A stretch of DNA of 64,000 nt from Eledone cirrhosa (lineage: Eukaryota), in contig OZ024743.1 in assembly GCA_964016885.1 (NCBI GenBank), positions 74,710,001 through 74,774,000 on the forward strand, written 5' to 3'. The notes under the pieces were generated by a model. That model worked only from the letters and a program-made list of their open reading frames with translations. It did no database searches and had not been told where the DNA came from. The position numbers and the translations under genes are program-made. This document shows positions 54,301-64,000 of the stretch, piece by piece; the first letter of the stretch is position 1; every line of letters starts with the position of its first letter.

Positions 54301-57300
54301 TATATCACCACTACTATACCACCACTACTATACCACCACTACTATACAACCACTACTATATCACTACTATATCACTACTACTATATCTGCACCACTACTA
54401 TACCAACACTACTATACCACCACCACTATACCATCACTATACCATCACTATACCACCACTATACCACCACTATACCATCACTATTATATCACCAACGCTA
54501 CTATATCACCACCACTACTATACCGCCACTAGTATATCAACACTACTATACCACCACTACAATATCACCACTATATACCACCACTACTATATCACCAATA
54601 CTATACCACATCTACTATATCACCACTACTATACCACCACTACTATACCACAACTACTATATCACCACTACTATATCACCACCACTAAACCACCACTACT
54701 ATACCACCACTACTATACCACAACTACTATATCACCACTACTATACCACCACTACTATATCACCACCACTATAGCAGCACTACTATACTATCACTAATAT
54801 ATCACCACCACTATACCACCACCACTATATCACCAGTACTATTCCACCTTTACTATGGCACCTCTACTATATCACCACCACTACTATATCACCACTACTA
54901 TACCACCATTACTATACTACCACTACTATACCTCCACTCCTATACCACTACAATATCACCACTACTATATCATCACCACTACTATACCACCACCACTACT
55001 ATACCACCTCTATTATATCACCACTACTATATCACCACCACTACTATACCACCACTACTATACCACCATCATTTCTAAACCACCACTACTATATCACCAC
55101 TACTATACCACCACTACTATACCACCACTACTATACCACCACTACTATATCACCACTTCTATATAATCACTACTACAACACCACCAATACTATACCACCA
55201 CTATTATATCACCACTACTATATCATCACCACTACTATATCACCACTACTATATCACCACTACTATACCACCACTACTATACCACCACCACAATATCACC
55301 ACTACTATATCTCCACCTATATTATACCACTACTATACCACCAATACTATACCACCACTACTATACCACCACTACTATACCACCACTACTATAACAACCC
55401 TACTATATCACCACCACTATACCACCACTAATATATCCCCACTACTACACCACCACTACTATACCACCACTACTATATCACCACCACTATACCAGCACTA
55501 CTATACTATCACTAATATATCACCACCACTATATCACCACTATAATACCACCTTTACTATCCCACCGCTACTATACCACCACTACTATACCGCCACTACT
55601 ATATTACTACTACTATACCACCACTACTCTATCACCACTACTATACCACCACTACTATACTACCACTACTATACAACTACTACTATACCTCCACTACTAT
55701 AACACCACTACTATACCACCACCACAATATCACCACTACTATATCTGCACCACTACTATACCAACACTACTATACCATCACTACTATACCATCACTACTA
55801 TATCACCAACGCTACTATATCACCACCACTACTATATCACCACTACTACTACACTATCAATACTATATCCCCACCACTATACCACCACTACTATACCACC
55901 ACTACTATATCACCATTACTATACCACCACTACTATACCACCACTACTATATCACCATTAGTACTACTATACCACCACTACTCTATCACCCCAACTATAT
56001 CACCACTACCATATCACGACTACTATACGACCACTACTATATCACCAATAGTATACCACCACTACAATATCACCACTACTATACCACCACTACTATGCCA
56101 CCACTACTATACCACTATAATATCACCACTGCTATATCACCTCTACTATACTATCACTAATATATCACCACCACTATACCACCACCACTATATCACCACT
56201 ACTATACCACCTTTACTATGGCACGACTACTATACCACCACTACTATACCACCTTTACTATGGCACGACTACTATACCACCACTACTATACTACCACCAC
56301 TATATTACTACTATATACCACCACTACTATACCACCACTACTATACCACCACTACTATACCACCTCTATTATATCACCACTACTATATCACCACCACTAA
56401 TATACCACCACTACTATAGCACCAGAACTATATCACCACTACTATACCACCACCACAATATCACCACTACTATATCTCCACCACTACTATACCACCACTA
56501 CTATATCACCAGCACTACTATACCACCACTAGTATATCAACACTAGTATACCACCACTACTATACCACGGCTACTATACCACCACTACTATATAACCAAT
56601 ACTATACCACAACTACTATATCACCACCACTATAGCACCATAACTATACTACCACTACTATACCACCACTACTATACCAACACGATTATATCACGACTAC
56701 TATATCAGCACCATTACTATATCACCACTACTATACCACCACTACTATACCACCACTAATATATCACCACTTTTATATCACCACTACTACACCACCACCA
56801 ATACTATACCACCACTATTATATCACCACTACTATATCACCACCACTACTATATCACCACTACTATACCACCACTACTATACCACCACCACAATATCACC
56901 GCTACTATATCTCCACCGCAACTATGCCACTACTATACCACCAATACTATACCACCACTACTATACCACCACTACTATACCACTACTATATCACCACTCA
57001 TCTACCACCACTACTACATTATCAATACTATATCCCCACCACTATACCACCACTACTATACCAACCCTACTATATCATCACCATCATACCACCACTAATA
57101 TATCCCCACTACTACACCACCACTACTATACCACCACTACTATATCACCACTACTATACCACCACTACTATATCACCACCACTATACCAGCACTACTATA
57201 CTATCACTAATATATCACAACCACTATACCCCACCACTATATCACCACTACTATACCACCTTTACTATCCCACTGCTACTATACCACCACTACTATACCA

Positions 57301-59385
57301 CCACTACTATATCACCACTAATATACCACCACTACTACACTACCACTACTATACCTCCACTACTATACCACTACTATATCACCACTACTATACCACCACC
57401 ACTACTATACCACCTCTATTATATCACCACTACTATATCACCACCACTACTATACAACCGCTACTATACCACCACTACTATAACACCACTACTATACCAC
57501 CACATCAATATCACCACTACTATATCTGAACCACTACTATACAAACACTACTATACCACCACTACTATACCATCACTACTATATCACCAACGCTACTATA
57601 TCACCACCACTACTCTACCGCCACTAGTATATCAACACTACTATACCACCACTACTATATCACCACTACTATACCACCACTACTATATCACCAATACTAT
57701 ACCACATCTACTATATCACCACCACTACTATATCACGACTACTATACCACCACTACTATATCACCAATACTATACCACATCTACTATATCACCACCACTA
57801 CTATATCACGACTACTATACCACCACTACTATACCACCACTATTATACCACCACCAGTATACCACTACTATATCACCACTCTTCTACCACCACTACTACA
57901 CCACCAATATTATATCACCACCACTATACCACCACTACTATACCACCACTACTATATCACCACTACTATATCACCACCACTATAGCACCACTACTATACC
58001 ACCACTACTATATCACCACTACTATACTACCCCTACTATACCACCACTACGATACCTCCACTATTATAACACCACTACTATATCAACACCACTACTATTT
58101 CACCGCCACTACTATATCACCGTTACTATACCACCACTACTATATCACCACCACTATAGCACCACTACTATACCGCCACTACTATATCACCACTACTATA
58201 CTACCCCTACTATACCACCACTACGATACCTCCACTATTATAACACCACTACTATATCAACACCACTACTATTTCACCGCCACTACTATATCACCATTAC
58301 TATACCACCACTACTATATCACCACCACTATACCACCACTACTATCCACCACTACTATACCACCACTACTGTACCACTGCAATATCACCACTGCTATATC
58401 ACCACTACAATACCACCACTATTATACCACCACTACTATACCACCTCTACTATACCACCAATACTATACCAACACTACTATATCACCACCACTACTATAC
58501 CAACACTACTATATTACCACCACTACTATACCAACACTACTATATCACCACCACTACTATACCACCACTACTATACCACCACTCTATCACTACTACTATA
58601 TCACTACCACTATACCACCACTACTATACCACCAATACTATATCACCACTACTATACCACCACTACTATATCACCACTACTATACCACCACTACTATATC
58701 ACCACTACTATACCACCACTACTATACCACCACTACTATAGCACCACTACTATACCACCACTACTATATCACTACTACAATATCACCACTACTATATCAC
58801 CACTACTATACTACCACTACTATATCACCACTACTATATCACCACCACTATAGCACCACTACAATACCACCACTACTATATCACCACTACTATACCACAA
58901 CTACTATACCACCACTACTATACTACCACTACTATATCACCACCACTATATCACCACCGCTACTACTATACCGCCACTACTCTATCACCACCACTATATC
59001 ACCGCCACTACTATCCCACTACTATACCACCACTACTATACCACCACTACTATATCACCACCACTATATCACCACTACTTCTATACCACTACTATACCAC
59101 CACTACTATACCACCACTACGATAACAGCACTACTATACCACCACCACTATACCACCACTACTGTACCACCATTACTATATCATCACTACTGTACCACCA
59201 CTACTATACCACCACCACTATATCACCACTACTATACCACCACTATTATACCACCACTACTATACCGCCACTACTATACTACCACTAATATATTATCACT
59301 ACAATATTACCAGCACTACTATATCCCTACTTCTATATTACTACTACTATACTAATATTACTGTACTAACACTACTATATCACCA
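51321..59385. repeat. Degenerate 11/14/17-bp satellite, consensus TA(C/T)CACCACTACTA
   Basis: Read directly; + strand is nearly G-free. Marker AACGCT recurs at 53551, 54494, 55808 and 57589. A 174-bp tandem duplication lies at ~58050/58224. Confidence 0.97.
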
Positions 59386-60559
59386 GTAGTTTTTACCCGG
59401 TAGTATATCTCCAATAGTATATTTATATCTATATTAGTATATTTACGAACTATGTGTTGAACACTATTCTACAATAACAACTACGAAACGCCTCAAATAT
59501 TTCGTTATATTTAGAATTAATATATTGTTTCACCGATAATCAACCGAGAAATTATGTTTCTGGATAAACATAGTTTTGTTAGAAACAATGGAGTCCACAT
59601 TGTTGATTCAACTATCTACATCTCTTCCACATTTACCTTACTGTCGTCTCTATCTCCTCCACATTTCGCATCGGACATTTTGTTTTGTGCCTTGTCTTCA
59701 TAAAACAATGTTGTTAGAAATAATTGAAAATATATTTATTCATTTATTATATATTATAATTTGTTACTATCTGACTAGACTTTGATTTTACTTATGTTAC
59801 AAATAGACACAGCTGTTCATCACATAAAATATACAAATAACTTGATATATAAAACTGCATGATGACAAAAGTATTCAATGGTTTATATAAATAGAGTTCT
59901 TCCACAGCAACAACAATCTTGAAATCTATCAAGTCAGACTTAAATAACGAGGTAAGACAAACTCAATGGTTGAAGTTTGTGTAGTACTTTTTCCTAAGAA
60001 CGTTCAATATTGGAATTGGTTTGTTAAGAATTTGACTTGCAGCAAAATTCCAATATGATCTTCACTGATATCTTGAAAAATTATTAAGGTTTCCTTTTCA
60101 TTGACAAAGCTGGCAGTGTAAGAAATACTATATCACCTTTGAAAAACCTAGCTGAATCTATACTGGAAATATAGATGTTGTTTACTAAGGAAACATAAAA
60201 ATATATTGTACACATTTCCAACATTAAAAAGCAACTTTCTTTATATATTCAATACAATATTTGCAATTTGAATGGATTCACATGACTAGTGTACGTGATG
60301 TGGATTTATGTTGGGTAATGGCCTTACGAGGCAGTACCAACAAAGTGAATACCCCTTTTGCTTATATATATATATATAAGACAAGAATTAATTATATCTT
60401 GCAATCATAGAATTAGAAGAACTTTCAAATATTATAAACCTAATTAATATACACCTTACACTTATATTTTACATATTATTATAATTAGTTTTTTTAATTT
60501 AGTTAACCTATAATTAGTACTTTACTACAGAGAACTTCGTAATTTTATTTCCCTCTTAC

Positions 60560-61415
60560 AGCTCTTTTTTCATAAAATTAATACCTAAAAGAATACATAT
60601 AAATTAATTTAATTTCCTGTTATGAATCTAGATTCCTTGTAGTCTATATAAATTGGTATTTCTCACTACTACACTTATCCCAAAATTTTATTTTCCTTCG
60701 TTTTTAACAATATTCTTTAATAACATCTAATTCTTATTTATCACATCCATATGAATTAATATAAATTTATCCCTATAAGAATACCTATCAATTAATTTAA
60801 TTTCTTGTTATAGATCTAAATTCCTTGTGTTTTAAATAAGATTGGTATTTCTCACTAATACCTTTACCCTAAAATTTTACTCTCCTTCGTTTTTAACATT
60901 ATTCATTAATAATATCAAATTTTCGTGTATCTTTCACCGGCTTCATTCAAAGTATTCTTTCCATTCAAAACATAAGTCTGCATTCCTCTACCCCTAAATT
61001 AAATTTCTGCTACTACTATTCTATCAACTTGACCTCTTACTACTTTTCTATTGGTCAATTCAAAACCTGTTCCCAAACAGACCTATTATATTAAATCTTT
61101 GTTGGGTTTTTTCAATAAACAAATCTCATTATTTCTGAAGACAGCATATATATGTGAAGGTATGTATATTTCCTCTGATATTTTGTAATATTTTTACATA
61201 GATCTATATGATATACATACCAACACACATATATATCCTAGATATATTCTTGTTCTTTGTTTTTATTCATTGTTTTTATTAATTTATCTTGACTCTGTTT
61301 TCCTGTGATTTTCATCGAAAATTTTTGAATGCATCTTCTCTTTTCATGATATTTGGATTACATTGAGTTCTTCATACGGATTGGACACTACCGTATATTT
61401 TGGTAGATTTATCTA
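60560..61415 (+). mobile_element. Possible decayed Penelope-like element with a 188-bp internal duplication
   Basis: GAATAC at 60591 and 60779 opens two ~150-bp diverged copies encoding INLISC..-YPK. TYYIKSLLGFFNKQ at 61081 resembles a GIY-YIG end. Decayed CTGAAGA-hairpin-GATA at 61135-61180. Ends in (TA)n. Confidence 0.35.
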
Positions 61416-61598
61416 CATATATATATATATATTTATATATATATATATGTGTGTGTGTGTATAATATTATATGATATATATATATGCACGTGGGAGGATG
61501 TATAGATACACATTTTCGAGTGTGTGAAATACATACATACATACATGATGGCTGCCCCCTCGTTATCGAGTATGGCCATTGCACGAGGAGAAAAAAAA

Positions 61599-61633
<35 letters not shown>

Positions 61634-61865
61634 AATATTAATAGATAATTAAAAAATAAAATAAAATTAAAAAAAGAAATATATATATATATATATTTAC
61701 ACACACATACATATACATATATACACACATATATATATACATACACACATATACATTAATAACAATAATAATAATAATAATAACAACAAGAATAATAATA
61801 TACATATATATATACACACACACGCGCGCACATATCTATACACACACACACACACACGATAGCAA

Positions 61866-62213
61866 CTAACAGCGCTGCGATCGAATGTGGCTTTTTAGCC
61901 CAGCCAATGATCTAAAATGTCTTGCACAGAGTCGGCAACCAAAACATTCACTGGGAATAGCCGGCTGTGGTTGGAGTTCATGTAATTTTGCATGTCGCTT
62001 GAGCCCTCCTGCTGATTTGCATTCTCTACCACATGCTTGGCAAGCATGATGAGTAGCATCTCCAACAGCAGCCTGGTAGTCAACCACTGGTCTTACTTTA
62101 TGACTGCGAAGATGACTTTCGAGTCCAGCTTTGCTTAGGCAGAGTCTCGCACAGACGCTGCATGCCAGCACCATAGGAGGACCCTCTCCGTCTGGAAGTG
62201 CAACAGCAATGCG
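61866..62213 (-). CDS. Frameshifted RTE C-terminus with three C2H2-type zinc fingers
   Basis: CSVC..SKAGLESHLRSH, CQAC..SAGGLKRHAKLH, CRLC..SLAGLKSHIRSQ. Joins the RT ORF if one base is restored at ~62214. Confidence 0.85.
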   Translation of the reverse strand, partial: RIAVALPDGEGPPMVLACSVCARLCLSKAGLESHLRSHKVRPVVDYQAAVGDATHHACQACGRECKSAGGLKRHAKLHELQPQPAIPSECFGCRLCARHFRSLAGLKSHIRSQRC

Positions 62214-64000
62214 TTCCTCACATCCCGCTTTACTTTCTTGTATGCGATTCGAGATGCCTCAAAGGCAACTTTTCCCTCATATACAGTCTTTCTCCATTTA
62301 TCACGACCAGCAGCAATATTTTCCCATGTATCAGCAGAGATGTTAGCGTCTTTCAAAGAGGCTTTCAAGGAATCCTTATACCTCTTTTTTGGTTTATGTG
62401 GCGGTCGTTTTCCTTTAACCAACTCTCCATAAAAGAGTTGTTTTGGTATTCTAGAATCCTTCATCCTGGCAAGGTGACCACTCCAACGGAGTCGTTGCTT
62501 AAGCACAAGAGCTTCTATACTGTCACAGATAGAGCTTTCCAAAATCTCGACATCACTGATGTGGTCCCTCCAGTGAAAGCCATGGATCCGTCTGAGACAC
62601 ATCTGATGGAAACGCTCCAATTGCCTAAGGTGGTGCCGATATGTGACCCAGGTCTCGCAGGCATAAAGAAGACAAGAAAGCACACATGCCTTGTACACCT
62701 TTACCTTTGTCCTCCTGCATATGTCTCGCCGACCCCAGAGTCGCCTTTCTAGCTTTCCGAAAGCATCACTTGCTTTCCTAATACTAAGTGAGATTTCACT
62801 GTCAAGGTTGCTGTATCGATTGACAGTGCTTCCCAGGTAGACAAACTGATCAACCATTCCAAGTCGTTTACTATACACATAGATATTTGGTTCAGTGTAC
62901 TGCTTACCAGGGGCAGGTTGGTACTTGACGACGGTTTTCTTGAGACTGACAGTCAATCCTAGGGCAGTGCAAGCGTCAGAAAATGCATTCAAAATGTGCT
63001 GCATATCACTCTCTGTGTGCGCTACAAGATCGCAATCATCTGCATACAAGAGGTCTCTTATGATTGATGTAAATAATTTTGTCTTTGCAGCTAAGCGCCT
63101 GATGTTAAATATGCTGCATGAGGTTCGATATCGGATGTAAACACCATGCTCGCAATTCCTGAATGCAATACAGAAAGCCATTGCAAAGTATATGGCAAAC
63201 AGGGTCGGTGCTGGAATATCCCCCTGTTTCACTCCATTTTTTACTGAGATAGGCTCCGACATGTTACCTCCGACATTAACCCAAGCCTTCATGTCGTCAT
63301 GGAAAGACCTAACTAAAGTAAGGAACTTATCAGGGAAACCAAGTTTCTGGAGAACCTTCCATAATGCATCTCTGTTAACAGTATCGAAAGCTTTTGTCAG
63401 ATCGACAAAAATCTGATACAGATCCAAACTTTGTTCCATGCACTTATCCTGGAGCTGTCTAGCTGAGAAGATCATATCAGTAGTGCCGCGTCCAGCACGA
63501 AAACCAGATTGACTTTCAGGAAGAACACAATCTGCAATGTGTGTCAGCAGACGGTCCAGAAGCACACTACATAAAACTTTCCCTACGACAGAAAGCAATG
63601 ATATACCTCTGTAGTTCCCACAATCATTCCTGTTACCCTTTCCCTTGTACAAGACCACCATTACTGCATCTCTCCAGTCTTCAGGTACGGATTCATTAGC
63701 CCATATCCTGCCAAACAAAGAGTGAAGATGTTGCAGGAGTCTCTCACCACCATATTGTAGGAGCTCAGCATGTATGCCATGCATACCTGGAGACCTTCCA
63801 CTGTTCACCTTCGAGATAGCCACTGCAACCTCCACAAGCGTCGGAGGCTCTGCGAGAGCTACTTTCACAGGACTTTCTGGAATGAGATTGAGGAAATCTT
63901 CACTGACGACAGACGGCTGATTCAAAAGATCATCAATGTGCTCTCGCCACCTTCGTAGAATTCCTTGTGAGTCACGAAGAAGTTCTTTGCCATCCTTGCT
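62135..64000 (-). CDS. RTE reverse transcriptase ORF (partial; open to window edge, 622 codons)
   Basis: NYRGISLLS, ESQSGFR, FVDLTKAFD, GVKQG, LLYADD, FVYLGS, LLYACETW, LRWSGH..RM.DSRIPKQLFYGEL. The upstream frame stays open (SKDGKELLRDSQGILRRWREH). Confidence 0.95.
   Translation of the reverse strand, partial: SKDGKELLRDSQGILRRWREHIDDLLNQPSVVSEDFLNLIPESPVKVALAEPPTLVEVAVAISKVNSGRSPGMHGIHAELLQYGGERLLQHLHSLFGRIWANESVPEDWRDAVMVVLYKGKGNRNDCGNYRGISLLSVVGKVLCSVLLDRLLTHIADCVLPESQSGFRAGRGTTDMIFSARQLQDKCMEQSLDLYQIFVDLTKAFDTVNRDALWKVLQKLGFPDKFLTLVRSFHDDMKAWVNVGGNMSEPISVKNGVKQGDIPAPTLFAIYFAMAFCIAFRNCEHGVYIRYRTSCSIFNIRRLAAKTKLFTSIIRDLLYADDCDLVAHTESDMQHILNAFSDACTALGLTVSLKKTVVKYQPAPGKQYTEPNIYVYSKRLGMVDQFVYLGSTVNRYSNLDSEISLSIRKASDAFGKLERRLWGRRDICRRTKVKVYKACVLSCLLYACETWVTYRHHLRQLERFHQMCLRRIHGFHWRDHISDVEILESSICDSIEALVLKQRLRWSGHLARMKDSRIPKQLFYGELVKGKRPPHKPKKRYKDSLKASLKDANISADTWENIAAGRDKWRKTVYEGKVAFEASRIAYKKVKRDVRNALLLHFQTERVLLWCWHAASVRDSA

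Larger units (their letters stand above)
42840..60200 (+). pseudogene. Decayed TLR-like pseudogene, copy D, apparently split by ~14.7 kb of satellite
   Basis: Left of the arrays: FDSIEEGAYS (43211-43240), YLDGN (43252-43266), LNPFCD (43335-43352), ELWELCL (~44617). Right of the arrays: YELCVEHYSTITT (~59444), YVSG*T*FC (59553-59579), IFIHLLYIIICYYLTRL*FYLCYK (59732-59803), DDKSIQWFI-NRVLPQ (59861-59907), VCVVLFPKNVQYWNWF (59975-60022), KYYITFEKPS-YWK (60123-60169). Confidence 0.55.
61532..64000 (-). mobile_element. RTE-clade LINE, 3' part, continuing past the window end
   Basis: RT ORF, C-terminal zinc fingers, short 3' UTR and (TATG)n tail at 61532-61546. Confidence 0.96.

Noticed and set aside
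44622-57529. Long Tyr/Ile/Thr/His/Pro-rich ORFs (up to 408 aa)
   Set aside because: Satellite translations open in several frames at once; not genes.
61866-62174. Host C2H2 zinc-finger gene
   Set aside because: No TGEKP linkers, contiguous with the RT ORF via a 1-bp frameshift, and followed by the RTE tail.

Overview
Repeat-dominated, AT-rich animal DNA. The two tRNA-derived SINE families, the RTE and Tx1 LINEs and the microsatellites look like an octopus/cephalopod genome (inferred from recognition, not from a search). About 60% of the window is tandem repeat: a 28-bp satellite (1-20320, no net indels, with higher-order structure), 33-bp, 47-bp and 16/17-bp minisatellites, and a 17-bp array abutting a degenerate ~14-bp array (44640-59385). 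The only long real ORF is an RTE LINE (minus strand, running off the window end) whose three C-terminal C2H2 fingers sit one base out of frame. No intact host gene is visible. Manual translation of the AT-rich gaps between repeats gives LRR, cysteine-cluster, transmembrane and TIR-like motifs in the expected order. This suggests a tandem cluster of 4-5 heavily decayed Toll-like receptor pseudogenes invaded by transposons and satellites (inference; needs tBLASTn/HMM confirmation). Other highlights are a minimal type I hammerhead ribozyme in a (TA)n-flanked Penelope-like unit (39707-39765) and a 47-bp minisatellite amplified from the inside of a mariner transposase. Interspersed-repeat boundaries are approximate (within tens of bp).
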